A DNA stretch of 64,000 nucleotides from a bacterium (GTDB lineage Bacteria; Hinthialibacterota; Hinthialibacteria; Hinthialibacterales; Hinthialibacteraceae). The position numbers were made by a program, and so were the translations under genes. The DNA lies in contig CAXXSM010000089.1 in NCBI GenBank assembly GCA_963663405.2, forward strand, positions 29,113 to 93,112, given 5' to 3'. The notes below the pieces were generated by a model that saw only the letters and a list, made by a program, of their open reading frames with translations, did not search any database and was not told the origin of the DNA. Shown in pieces: positions 21,093-31,379 of this stretch (positions within the stretch are counted from its first letter, which is position 1; each line of letters opens with the position of its first letter).

Positions 21093-21287
21093 CTGACAGA
21101 CTCCTTTTAATTACAGTCATTCTTTATACTAATAGCAATGTAAAAGAATGTCAATGATTTACATCAATTGGGATTAATGGGCTATATGAAAGATGATTTT
21201 CTATACGTCTTTGAATGTGGAAATCATGCAATTGAACTAGAAATCAGGAAGTTTTGATTTTTGCAGGTTTTGAAGAAAAGACTTCTC

Positions 21288-21923
21288 TTAGAAATACGTA
21301 TCATACAATCCGATTTCTTCGAAAAACCGGTTACCGCGGAGGGGCATGGCTCTCCAGATGTCGCCGTTCGAGACGACGCCGTTTGTTGGGACATAGGGTT
21401 TGGCGTCCCGGTTGTCGAGCCAGTCGCCATGATCCCCGTCCGGTCCCGCTGCAAACATAAGCCAATGCGTGCCCAGTTCGGAATTGGCGCAGTCCCGGTC
21501 TTCGTATCCGTAGAATAGGCCTTTCATGAATGGATCCATTGGAATGGAACTGATGTAATTGATCGGTGTGGTCAGGAGCCCCCAGATTCGTCCATTAAAG
21601 TGGTTATCGCCAAGACTTCCACAATTGACACCCGCCTCACTGCATGTTTTCCCGAAGAAACTAAATCCTCCAGGTAATTCACATTTTTCGGGCGGGCCGT
21701 GGCTGGTGTCGTTTCCATCGATCAGCCAAAGGCCCGTGTCCAAGTGACGAATATTTGCTTGATCGTATAGCATCTTGATATCCGCGAATGTGCGAGCGGC
21801 CTTGGCCCGGATCTGGGCGTTCAGGAAATTTGGGACGGCGATCGCCGCTAAAATGCCAATGATCGCCACGACGATTAATAGCTCAATCAACGTGAAACCA
21901 GAATGTTTTTTCTCTACTTTCAT
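21288..21923 (-). CDS. Prepilin-type N-terminal cleavage/methylation protein, paralog 1
   Basis: G|FTLIELLIVVAIIGILAAIAVPNF; LTTP, DPF, GPDGD, YVPTNGVVSNGDI; GGAGG RBS. Confidence 0.9.
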   Translation of the reverse strand: MKVEKKHSGFTLIELLIVVAIIGILAAIAVPNFLNAQIRAKAARTFADIKMLYDQANIRHLDTGLWLIDGNDTSHGPPEKCELPGGFSFFGKTCSEAGVNCGSLGDNHFNGRIWGLLTTPINYISSIPMDPFMKGLFYGYEDRDCANSELGTHWLMFAAGPDGDHGDWLDNRDAKPYVPTNGVVSNGDIWRAMPLRGNRFFEEIGLYDTYF

Positions 21924-22196
21924 GAGAAACCTCCTCTATTTTTTTGTTGATAACAATAAAAAAAGATGTCTTGAATAACCGGATGTATATAATTATATCT
22001 AAGACGAGTCAAGGATACTGTACAACGCGATTGTAAAAAAGGAACTAGGAGAATTACTTCAGGTGAATCTCAAAAAACAAGCATGATTTGAGACCACAAA
22101 AACATAAATGAAAATAGATCGACATTAATACCGGTAGTTATAGTATTGAATTTTTGCCATTTCGCTAGGCAGGGATTATTTTATTGTTTTTTTTTA

Positions 22197-22218
22197 GCGG
22201 GCGGGACGCCCGCGCTCC
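22197..22218. repeat. REP-like GCGGGCGGGACGCCCGCGCTCC, family C
   Basis: Further copies at 30434-30456 and, inverted, 57907-57930. Confidence 0.75.
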
Positions 22219-22220
22219 AT

Positions 22221-22823
22221 TTAATAGGTCAGCGCGCTTGCCCAGGAGGGGACTTTCATGCCACCGCCGCGGTAGATATCGCCCCAGCTTAGGAGGCCAT
22301 TCGAAGGTTGATAGACAAGGCCGGGTGTGGGGAAGTTGTTGGCGTTATAGTCGTCTCCCGTATCCGGTCCGGAACTTTCCAGGAGCCAGACGTTGTTCGG
22401 GTATTGAACAACATATTCCCGCTCTGAAAGGGCGAACCAAGTTCCCAGTTCGAACATCGGATCCAGTTCGCGCCCGTCCGATAATGTGGCGCCCGACGCG
22501 TGTTTTGGTTTGAAGGGATTATAAAAGGCGCTGGCGCTGGTAATGTAAGGGACCGGAGTAGTCAAATCGCGGAAACCTCCATAATTGGTGCTTGGATCGC
22601 TGGTATCCCAGGCCCAGCGCGTGTAGGTGTTGTGATCGAGGTAGTACGCTTCCAGCGCAGTGCTGACGCTGCGCATGTTACTGACGGCTTGGGCCACTTT
22701 CGCACGGATCTGGGCGTTCAGAAAATTCGGGACGGCGATCGCGGCCAGAATTCCAATAATCGCGACCACGATCAACAACTCGATCAGCGTAAAACCACGC
22801 CGGCGCCTTATTCCCATTCGCAT
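22221..22823 (-). CDS. Prepilin-type protein, paralog 2
   Basis: RRG|FTLIELLIVVAIIGILAAIAVPNF; LTTPVPY, SSGPD, YQPSNGLLSWGDI; AGGAGG RBS. Confidence 0.9.
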   Translation of the reverse strand: MRMGIRRRRGFTLIELLIVVAIIGILAAIAVPNFLNAQIRAKVAQAVSNMRSVSTALEAYYLDHNTYTRWAWDTSDPSTNYGGFRDLTTPVPYITSASAFYNPFKPKHASGATLSDGRELDPMFELGTWFALSEREYVVQYPNNVWLLESSGPDTGDDYNANNFPTPGLVYQPSNGLLSWGDIYRGGGMKVPSWASALTY

Positions 22824-22877
22824 CCGTTTTCCTCCTATCGCCATAAAAAAACAGTCCAATTGCCTATAAATCGGTTT

Positions 22878-23474
22878 TTAGGGGCCTTTCCGCATGATAT
22901 CGCCATCTGAGACAACGCCGTTGGACGCGTCGTAAATCACAAAATTATCAAACCGTTTCCCTTCGTTGTCGAAATCCAGATCGGGACCGAGGCTGAAGGT
23001 ATAATACTCATTTGGAGCGCCTTTGTTAACTCGAAAACTGTCTTTTGTGAAATAAACATAGGGATACGGCGGACGGGATTGAAAATGGCGGATCATGACC
23101 GCCGTCTGCTGATGGGTCTCTTTTTTGTGAAATAGATCGTCTGGAATCTCGGTGATATAGGCGGTAGGCGTTGTCAACACACTTTGAATTCTTCGTTGAT
23201 CGAAATAATCATCCGACAAATCAGGATAATCGTTCCCATCAAGGGGATAGGTGTTATTATCGAGGTGATACGCTTCGATGACGGTGGACAGAGTTCTCAT
23301 TTCCGCCAACGCCGCTGTGACTTTCGCTTTCACCTGAGCATGCTGAAAATTGGGCAAAGCGATTGACGCCAGAATACTGATGATCGCGACAACGACCAAC
23401 AATTCAATCAGTGTAAATGAAGACTGAGATCGAATCCATCTCCATTTATTCGTTCGATCCTTTTTTTTCTTCAT
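22878..23474 (-). CDS. Prepilin-type protein, paralog 3
   Basis: S|FTLIELLVVVAIISILASIALPNF; LTTPTAY, SLGPD, YDASNGVVSDGDI. Confidence 0.88.
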   Translation of the reverse strand: MKKKKDRTNKWRWIRSQSSFTLIELLVVVAIISILASIALPNFQHAQVKAKVTAALAEMRTLSTVIEAYHLDNNTYPLDGNDYPDLSDDYFDQRRIQSVLTTPTAYITEIPDDLFHKKETHQQTAVMIRHFQSRPPYPYVYFTKDSFRVNKGAPNEYYTFSLGPDLDFDNEGKRFDNFVIYDASNGVVSDGDIMRKGP

Positions 23475-23598
23475 GATAAAACTCCATTGGAAAGTCCAAG
23501 GCTCTCCTACCTTATAATAATATCTAAAAAGAAGCGGATTGAAAACAAAATCCATTTATTTTGCAAAAACATACATTAATCTAACGAAAATCTTGTTC

Positions 23599-24381
23599 CT
23601 AAAATCGGTTTACAGGCCGGGTGGATGAGATCGGCTCGATGTCGTCTTTGTAACGCACCGCGACTAACGTCAATCCACGGGCCGCGAGCGTTTCACCGGC
23701 GTTATCCCGGTTTTTAGAATCGAGAATCTCTTTCACCGCTTCCGGTTCGATTTTCCCCCAGCCCACCCATAACAGCGTCCCGGCGATGATCCGCACTTGA
23801 TGGCGAAGAAAAGCGTTTCCTCTTACGCGCAGGCGCAGCAGGGGTGGTTCCTCCACCAGGGATAATTCGTCGATCGTGCGCACGGGGTGATTGGCGTCGC
23901 AGTGGATGTTTCGAAAAGCGGAAAAGTCATGTTCGCCGATGAGACACTGGGCCGCGCGGCGCATATTTTCGACATTTAATTTCGCGCGAATCCAATACGT
24001 TCTATCCCGGTAGAGGGCGGTGGGCGCGATATCATTATAATAGGTATAGCGGTATTCACGTTCCACGGCGTCCCAGCGGGCCCGCCAGTTCAAGGGCATA
24101 TCCATCACGTGATAGACAACAATGTCATCTGGGAGCAATGAATTGAGACCGCCAAGTATATGAATGGGCTCTATTTTGGTATCGGAAAAAAAGTGCGCGA
24201 CGTGTTGTTCGGCGTGAACGCCCGCGTCCGTACGGCCGGAGGAATAGAGAACAATGGGATGACGTATCATTGTTTCCACGGCGTTTTTGACGGCGGCTTC
24301 AATCGTCGGCTGTTGGGGTTGGTATTGCCATCCGCAATAGTTTTGCCCATTATATTCGAGGTCAAGACGAATGTTTCTCAT
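23599..24381 (-). CDS. truA: tRNA pseudouridine(38-40) synthase
   Basis: YNGQNYCGWQ, SGRTDAGVHA, GEHDFSAF, GNAFLRHQVR. Confidence 0.96.
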   Translation of the reverse strand: MRNIRLDLEYNGQNYCGWQYQPQQPTIEAAVKNAVETMIRHPIVLYSSGRTDAGVHAEQHVAHFFSDTKIEPIHILGGLNSLLPDDIVVYHVMDMPLNWRARWDAVEREYRYTYYNDIAPTALYRDRTYWIRAKLNVENMRRAAQCLIGEHDFSAFRNIHCDANHPVRTIDELSLVEEPPLLRLRVRGNAFLRHQVRIIAGTLLWVGWGKIEPEAVKEILDSKNRDNAGETLAARGLTLVAVRYKDDIEPISSTRPVNRF

Positions 24382-24482
24382 AGTGGGAAGATTGGGTCAT
24401 ATAAATAGGTCCGGTTCGGGTTCGTGATTTCGTAACGCGAAAGTATGATAAACCGTTGCTATGAATACAACCGTTTTTCTTT

Positions 24483-24662
24483 AGAACTATCATGATTGAG
24501 ATCACAACTGCAAATGAGTCACGGAAGAATTTGTGAATGAGATCATTCTGGAGACTCATTTTCATAAGAACTATCATGATTTGAGATCACTACATGTAAA
24601 TGAAAATGAGTCGCGGCAACAAATTCGAACGAGAAAGTCTTAGGAACTCATTTTCATAAGAA
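24483..24662. repeat. Degenerate tandem repeat (units of about 84 and 92 bp) with internal inverted motif
   Basis: AGAACTATCATGATT(T)GAGATCAC at 24483 and 24567; ATGAAAATGAGT / ACTCATTTTCAT palindrome. Confidence 0.75.
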
Positions 24663-24685
24663 TGACAGGCAGGAAAAATAATTCA

Positions 24686-27600
24686 ATGTGTAAGCGTCTT
24701 TTAATTCTCATACTGCTGTTCCCGCTGTTGATTTGCGCCGGGCCCGTTTTTGGAAGCCAAGTGGAGGCGGCGCAACCGTATTCACAGGCTCCCGTGGGAT
24801 CGAAATTGGTTCCACCGGATCAAAATACGGCGATTTATATGCCCGACAAGGAACAATATACGTTCACCTATCAGGGGAAAGACAGCCATATTCAATACGT
24901 CATAAGCGCCAGGGATCCCCTGATCCGGCGGGGATTGATCAGCCTGCGGGTAATTGTCGATAAAACAAAGCCTCTGTTTCCGTTGCGTGAAACCGGGCTT
25001 TATATCCGGTCGGCGACAGGAGAATTGATCGATCCGGGCGTGATCGCCCGAAGTGGGCAAAGCAGCCTGGTGAGTCATGAATTGAAGGGCTCTCACGCGC
25101 ATTTTTCCTTTCAGGACATCTGGCTGGGAAAACGGCTGCAAAAACAATACGATATTTTCATTCAAGGAGAAACGCTGGTTTTCCATGTTGTTTCGAATAC
25201 GGTCGCTGGAGCGACAACGGGTTATATCAGCTTTAATTTCGACCAATCCCGCAGCACGCCGTCGCCAAAAATACTGAACCTGCCTACCTCCCCCTATCCG
25301 GTCGTGGGATTAGAAGATGGGATCTTCATGTCCACGTACGCTGATCCCTTTTTAAGCAGTCTTGGACGCTATGATATTAGTGAAATGGTGGAACACGATC
25401 GATGCGTTCATGCGGCCAATACTCCCGCATGGCTGGTCGAAGACGCCAGTGGAACCTATCCCCCTCTTGATGTGACCGCGTACCTGACTATCAGCAAACG
25501 ATTGATCAATGTGGCGCCTTCCTCTCCACCTCAAAACGATCCGTATGCGAAGTCGATACGGTCCCAACCTCTTTTCGATCCCGGCCAAATTCCTTTGGCC
25601 CACCGCCCTTACGAATCCTTGAAGATCACACGAGGATGGGAAGCGCAGGAAACCGGATCCGTGGAATTAAAAGGATTGTTCTCGCTTAAAAACGGCCAGA
25701 CGGCTGTTTGCAATGTGCGCCTCTTAGAAAACGAAACCGGGGAAGAACACGTTCTTTTTTCTCAGATCCTCGATCGAACGACAAAAACAAAAACGGGAAT
25801 CGAAGGAACGTTTCCGCTCCAACAAGGAGACCAACTTCTTTTCGATGTCAACGCTCCCGCTGTGATGGATGGGGGCGAGGTGTTGTTCCACGTCATTATC
25901 GACGGCGAAGAATACCGGTATGACTCAATTGAAGATTTTACCAACGAGCAGGGCGCGTATGGCTGGTTTTATGAACAACAGAAAGGAGAGGAGTACACCC
26001 TCTTCGTCTGGAATCCCGAACGCGGCCGGTGGGAAAGCCCAAACACACGATCATATCAAACCGCGTCCCAAATGGTCTGCCGCGCGGGGCGGATGGGGAA
26101 CGCGTTTCAATCGGCGGAACTCTTTTTCGATGAGCTGCGCGCGATGGGGATCGGCCCCTTGACTCTATTCTTGAAGGATTGGAGCCGTCACGCCCGTCTA
26201 ACGGTTCCTCCCTCCAACGATGAGATGGAACGGTACTGGGGATCGATCGAATCGTTGAAGACAGTAACGAAACGGGAACAAACGCAGGGGAACTTGATCG
26301 CGCAGAACATATCGTTCGATCCGGAGCGGTATGAAATTGTAAAACAGGCGCCGGCGAATCCCATTCTATGGACGACCATGACGGCGCCGCCAACCTATAC
26401 CGCGCAGAGCCGCATCCTTTCTCATATCACGAAAGAAGAAATCGCTTCGGCCCGGAACAAGATGAATTTCAACGCGCTGGTTCTAGAGGATTTTCCTATT
26501 CTTGAACCAGGATCTCCCATGTTTATTCTGACAGATAAAAAAACACCGGATGAATGGAGTTCTTCTTCAGCGCTGCGTCAAGCGGCCCGGTTTCTCGATT
26601 CGTTGAAGAGTGAAGTGAATGGTCCGGTTTTGTTATGGGGCAAAGCGGGGAAACGGCGTTACGACACGTTGTTAGCGGGTTTTGTTACCGGCTTGATTGC
26701 GCCGATCGACCGGGGCGCCAACTTCAGTGAGACGATCGATGAAGAAATCAAACTGGCGCGAACCACCCAAACCCGCGCCGGATTTGGGACCTATGGAGAA
26801 TTTTTTCTGAAAGCCAAGGACGCGCGGGTTGATCTTCGCATGAATCCTTTCGACTACTATCTGACGTCCACAGTCTCGTTCGCGCGCGTTCCCTATCTAT
26901 CGCTGGCGATTCAATTTCCATCGATGAGCGACCGCGATATCCGCAAACATCTTCTCGAAACGTATTGCCTGCTGCAACCGCCATCTCTTGAATATCTCGA
27001 CGATGGGAACGCTGTGCGGAACATTATCTACTATTCGCTTGCAGGCAAACAATACAGCGCAGAATCTATGTTATTGGACCCAAATTCCGTGGAAACACCC
27101 CGCGTGAAAATCCAATATGCGAACGGTTTGGAGATATACGCCAATCAATGCGCCATACCCTGGGGGATCAATCACCCAGCGGTTCCTAATATCGATATCG
27201 AAAAAGATGGATTTCTCGCGACCAATGAAAAGACAGGACTGCTTAGCGTTATTGGTCAGAAAGGCGCGCGACCATTTACCGCGGCGCGAACGAAGGATTC
27301 CTTCTTCTTACACAGCCGCGGCGCCGTCTTGATGGGAATCCCCCCCCTTAGAGACGGATGGGATGACGCGAATGTGGGAATCTACGATCGGCGGAGAACA
27401 GAACTACGCCTGCGTTGGAGTAACCGAAGTTCTCTGGCTGGAAGATTTATCCCCTGTCGTGCGATCCAATGAACGCTTCGACTGCGTAATTCATTGGACC
27501 ACGCCGCGAACCGTGGAAATATGGATCCTCAAAACGGATCGTCCTCGTTCCATGATTGAATTTTTCACACTGCCTCAAGAATGGCTTAATGAAGAGAAAG

Positions 27601-27752
27601 GCTCCATCTCAATTACGCAAAGTGATGAGCAGAATAGAGAACTGAAAGAAGACGCCTATTGGTCCCGTGTGCAGGATGGAGAGAAAATGGGGATTCGTAT
27701 TGCGGATATCAACGGCGGCGCAATCTATACAATTGAATATAAGCCGATTTGA
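24686..27752 (+). CDS. Large secreted protein, possibly glycan-active (DUF5696-like C-terminus); indel near 27340-27360
   Basis: Signal peptide; ORFs 24662-27472 and 27363-27752 join near a C homopolymer; IQYANGLEIYAN motif. Confidence 0.6.
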
Positions 27753-27901
27753 TTTATACAATTCTATACGCGGCCTTCTATCGTTTCTTCTTTTTTAATC
27801 CTTTTCCACCGCTTGGGGGGCGTCTCAGCCAACTATTCTTGAACAGCGCCCACTTTTGCTTTGGCAAGTCCGAAAATTCATAAAAAATTCCCTGTCAGGG
27901 A

Positions 27902-27930
27902 TTGATTGCGCGTAACCTACAAGTTACACT
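27902..27930 (+). promoter_or_regulatory. Sigma70-like promoter with overlapping palindromic operator for the TA operon
   Basis: TTGATT-17bp-TACACT; GTAAC-N6-GTTAC at 27912-27927. Confidence 0.6.
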
Positions 27931-27939
27931 ACAAGCATT

Positions 27940-28269
27940 ATGAAGAGATACGAAATAGCCGTTTACACAACTGAGGAAGGAGAAGTCCCTTTCCATAAAT
28001 GGCTAAACGGCCTGAAAGATGAAGTGGCGAAAACAAAAATTGTTGCCCGGCTGGACCGGGCCAGTTTTGGCCTCTTTGGTGACAGTAAACCAATTAAAGG
28101 AGTGAAAGGACTCTTTGAAATGCGGGAACATTACGGTTCTGGTTATCGCATTTTCTATTGTATTATTGAAAACAAAATTGTGTTGCTGTTAGCCGGTTCC
28201 ATCAAAAGTGATCAGAAAAAAGCCATAGCTAAAGCAAAGTCGTATCTCGCAGACTATGAAAAGAGTTAG
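27940..28269 (+). CDS. RelE/HigB-like addiction module toxin
   Basis: PFHKWLNGLKD, RLDRASFGLFGDSK, EMREHYGSGYRIFY, LLLAGSIKSDQKKAI. Confidence 0.9.
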   Translation: MKRYEIAVYTTEEGEVPFHKWLNGLKDEVAKTKIVARLDRASFGLFGDSKPIKGVKGLFEMREHYGSGYRIFYCIIENKIVLLLAGSIKSDQKKAIAKAKSYLADYEKS

Positions 28270-28585
28270 CGCTATGAGTAGAAAAGCAAGTGTACCTTTT
28301 GATTTTACAATTCGTGACGAATTGCTGAAAGATCCTAAAAATGCATCGGTATATCTTGAGGAATGCCTTGCTGACGGTAATTTGGAACTCTTCCAAGAAT
28401 CTCTCAAACATGTAGCGAAAGCACAAGGCGGTATGTCTGCTCTCGCAGCAGAAACAAATCTTACCAGAGAAGCCCTTTATCGCTCCTTGTCCAAAAAAGG
28501 CAATCCAAAAATGGACACCATAACCAAAGTTCTTAATGCCTTGGGTATGCGAATATCCATTGTTCCGACAAACGCGCGTACGTAA
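28256..28585 (+). CDS. HTH addiction module antidote (HigA-like); start may be 28274
   Basis: VAKAQGGMSALAAETNLTREALYRSLSKKGNPKMDT. Confidence 0.9.
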   Translation: MKRVSAMSRKASVPFDFTIRDELLKDPKNASVYLEECLADGNLELFQESLKHVAKAQGGMSALAAETNLTREALYRSLSKKGNPKMDTITKVLNALGMRISIVPTNART

Positions 28586-28681
28586 GGACATTGACAACTA
28601 CCCGTTCATTAACGACATTATTGAAGTGATAGATCAATAATGGATGAACAACCTTTTTCCTGCATTTTTCACAAGTTGGTT

Positions 28682-28783
28682 CCCAGGGTTAGAAACCCTG
28701 GGCTATTTTCTTTTGTCCCTTAACGGCTCCGGCGCAAGCGCCGGTTGGACATTTAATACTAGCCCTGACATTCAAGTCAGGGC
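28682..28783. repeat. REP-like CCCAGGG-N-CCCTGGG hairpin cluster, family D
   Basis: CCCAGGGTTAGAAACCCTGGGCT; TGTCC...GGACA; GCCCTGAC..GTCAGGGC; related hairpin at 32707-32728. Confidence 0.6.
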
Positions 28784-28909
28784 GAACAATGTTTAGCAAT
28801 TATCCTTAAAAGGAAAATTTCAAAATGAGTTTTTTTTATTATTTTCCAACGCTTAAACTTAATTTCCAGTCAGTGGTACTCTAATGCGTACAATTTGAAT
28901 CGATTCTAA

Positions 28910-30325
28910 GTGAAGAATGAGCCGATGAATATTTATACTAGCGTAATATCCGTTCTGTTTCATTTTATCCGGGCGTGGCGGTGGCCGATTTTGTTTGGGG
29001 CCGTGATTGTGATGGCGGTAGTGGTTCGTTTTCCCTATTTACCCAACGGACACATCGATGAAGTGCATACCATCGGACGGGCGTTAAAGTTCATTTACAC
29101 CGGTGATTTAAATCCCCACATGTTCCAACATCCCACCGGTACGATGTACATCAGTTTCGGTGTCAATATTTTGGCGCTGGCCTCCATGAGCCGGGATGTG
29201 GGAGGCCGGCCCGGTGTCAGCGGCGCGCCTCCGCTCAATCTCATTCAAAAAGAATATCCCAATCCCGTTACGGTATCCGCCTTCGATGGGCCGGGATCCA
29301 AGTGGTGGGATCTGTTCCGGTACCGGGTGAGGCTGGTTTTTTTGATGTTTGTACCGATGCAGATATGCCTGCTATGGTATATCGGGAAACGGTTGGATCT
29401 TCTGTCGCCCGCGTTGGCGGCGGGGATTTTTTTGGCGCTCTGTCCGGCGAATATCCAAGATTCTGTGTACGTCTCGGTTAACAATACAACAGCCTTTTTC
29501 TGTCTGCTGACCGCCGCATTCGCCGCATATTTCACTTGCCGTCCACCCGCTGACCGTATCTGGCAGTGGCTCTTCCGGATGGGGGTGATGTCTTTGATTT
29601 GTGGATTGGCGGTGGCGTGCAAATACAACGCGGGCACATTTTTATTGATTCCGATGGTGTTCGGCGTGATGACGCTGCGCTACCTCCAGAACGGGAAACA
29701 ATTCATTCCGGAAAAATGCGCCGCCGCCTTTATCGTGATCCTGCTCTCGATGTCGGTTGGCTTCACGATCCTTTGTCCTTATTGGTATGTGGAACTGAAC
29801 CGGTTTATCCAGGAAGTGTTATTCCAAGTCTGGTACTTTAAAGTGGGACACAAAGATTACAACACATTTATTCCGGGATTAGATTTGAGCAACATCAGTC
29901 AATCGATGCTATTCATCAACCTGCGTTGTCTGGCGGATCAATATTCGTGGACCGCGATTCTTCTGACAGTGGTTTCGATTGTGTATCTCGCGTGGATGGG
30001 ATTTTTCAAGGATCCTCGATATGAGAAGATCCTGCGTGTGCTGATCCCCGTTTTTGTTGCATCAGTGGGATTCTTCATTTTAATGACGTATCAGGCCGTC
30101 TTCTTCGCGCGGAATTTCACGATCATGTGGGGATGTTGGTTTTTATGCTGCGCGGCCAGTTGGTGGTTCGCGGCGAAAACCTTTCTTGAACGGCGTAAAG
30201 TGGAAAATCTGACTTTCTATGCGAATCTGATTCTGTTCGCGATCACGGCGATCTGCCTGTTTAAGGCGCTGTGGCTGGATGTTTGGCTTGAGCCGAATCG
30301 GGAGTGGTGGAGGGTTTTGGATTGA
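28910..30325 (+). CDS. GT-C fold (PMT/ArnT-like) membrane glycosyltransferase
   Basis: HIDE acidic motif after TM1, DLNPHMFQHP, GLAVACKYN, about 10 TM helices. Confidence 0.75.
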   Translation: MKNEPMNIYTSVISVLFHFIRAWRWPILFGAVIVMAVVVRFPYLPNGHIDEVHTIGRALKFIYTGDLNPHMFQHPTGTMYISFGVNILALASMSRDVGGRPGVSGAPPLNLIQKEYPNPVTVSAFDGPGSKWWDLFRYRVRLVFLMFVPMQICLLWYIGKRLDLLSPALAAGIFLALCPANIQDSVYVSVNNTTAFFCLLTAAFAAYFTCRPPADRIWQWLFRMGVMSLICGLAVACKYNAGTFLLIPMVFGVMTLRYLQNGKQFIPEKCAAAFIVILLSMSVGFTILCPYWYVELNRFIQEVLFQVWYFKVGHKDYNTFIPGLDLSNISQSMLFINLRCLADQYSWTAILLTVVSIVYLAWMGFFKDPRYEKILRVLIPVFVASVGFFILMTYQAVFFARNFTIMWGCWFLCCAASWWFAAKTFLERRKVENLTFYANLILFAITAICLFKALWLDVWLEPNREWWRVLD

Positions 30326-30330
30326 GGTTT

Positions 30331-30366
30331 TTGTCTGAATCAGGATGGGCAGGATATTCAGGATAA
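30331..30366. repeat. TTGTCTGAA element, left end only
   Basis: TTGTCTGAATCAGGATGGGCAGGATATTCAGGAT. Confidence 0.65.
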
Positions 30367-30488
30367 GAATTATTTTTGCTGTATATGATATTGAATGACT
30401 TTATCATTGAATTTGTGATTCGTTTTTTTATTCATGGGCGGGACGCCCGCGTTTCATTTCGGCGGTGGATGTATTTTTTTGAGATCAT

Positions 30489-30518
30489 TTGACGAATCCT
30501 AGGGAGAAACGTTATAAT
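30489..30518 (+). promoter_or_regulatory. Sigma70-like promoter
   Basis: TTGACG-18bp-TATAAT upstream of the TPR gene. Confidence 0.55.
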
Positions 30519-30581
30519 TCTAGGTAAGACGCGTATCGATTTGAACTGGTGTGAATGAACCGCTTGATCCAGAGGGGAGGA

Positions 30582-31379
30582 ATGATGGACCGATTCACAG
30601 GGAGTTCTCATTGGCGCAAAATCGCCTGCCTATCGATTCTGATTTGTGGTATCACCTTACTGACATATTTTCCCGTACGGGCGGATTTGATCCATACCCC
30701 CAAGGCGGATGTAGAAGGCCGGGTCTTGGAAGATTCCGCGCAAGTGCTCGTTGTGGAGACCGTCGCGGGTGAGTATGTCGTCGTCCGCAAGAACCAGATC
30801 CTCTCTGTCACAAAAGAACCGCCGGAGGATTTTTACTACCGAAAAGCGAAGTTCTATGAAGCCAAAGGAGAAGACGACCGGGCGATGATCTATTATATCG
30901 AAGCGATCAACCGCAATCCCAATCACGCCGGGTCTCGTGAAAGCCTGGAAGCGATCCAATATAAAAAGAAAAAAGCGCAATGGGACGAAGGGCTTCAACA
31001 AGCCCAACTGCACATCGCCAATAAAGAATTTCGAAAAGCCATCGATACCTACCAGGAGATACTCGATCTCCAACCGGATGAAGAGACCGCGCGAAATATC
31101 ATGGACCGGATGAGCAAAGCCTACGCGGGTTTGGCGTTTCTGTTTTACGATCATTGTTATGACGAAGGCGCCATCCGTGAATTGGCGAGAGCGGAAGAGC
31201 TCAATCCAGAAAACGCGGAAATCTATTACGTCCTCGCGAAGATTCACGAAAGCGCCCAGCAATACGATCTCGCCCGTCTGGAGTACGAACGGGCGATCGA
31301 GCTCAATCCCGGCCATACCTCCGCTCGTGATAAACTGATGTCCCTCATCGAGCGAACGAGGGCGCGCGTGATTCAATGA
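30582..31379 (+). CDS. Secreted TPR protein
   Basis: Signal peptide; AINRNPNH, AEELNPENAEIYYVLA, AIELNPGH; GGAGG RBS. Confidence 0.85.
   Translation: MMDRFTGSSHWRKIACLSILICGITLLTYFPVRADLIHTPKADVEGRVLEDSAQVLVVETVAGEYVVVRKNQILSVTKEPPEDFYYRKAKFYEAKGEDDRAMIYYIEAINRNPNHAGSRESLEAIQYKKKKAQWDEGLQQAQLHIANKEFRKAIDTYQEILDLQPDEETARNIMDRMSKAYAGLAFLFYDHCYDEGAIRELARAEELNPENAEIYYVLAKIHESAQQYDLARLEYERAIELNPGHTSARDKLMSLIERTRARVIQ

Noticed and set aside
24483-24662. Mini-CRISPR array
   Set aside because: Only two units, the spacers resemble each other, the repeat is too long, and there are no cas genes
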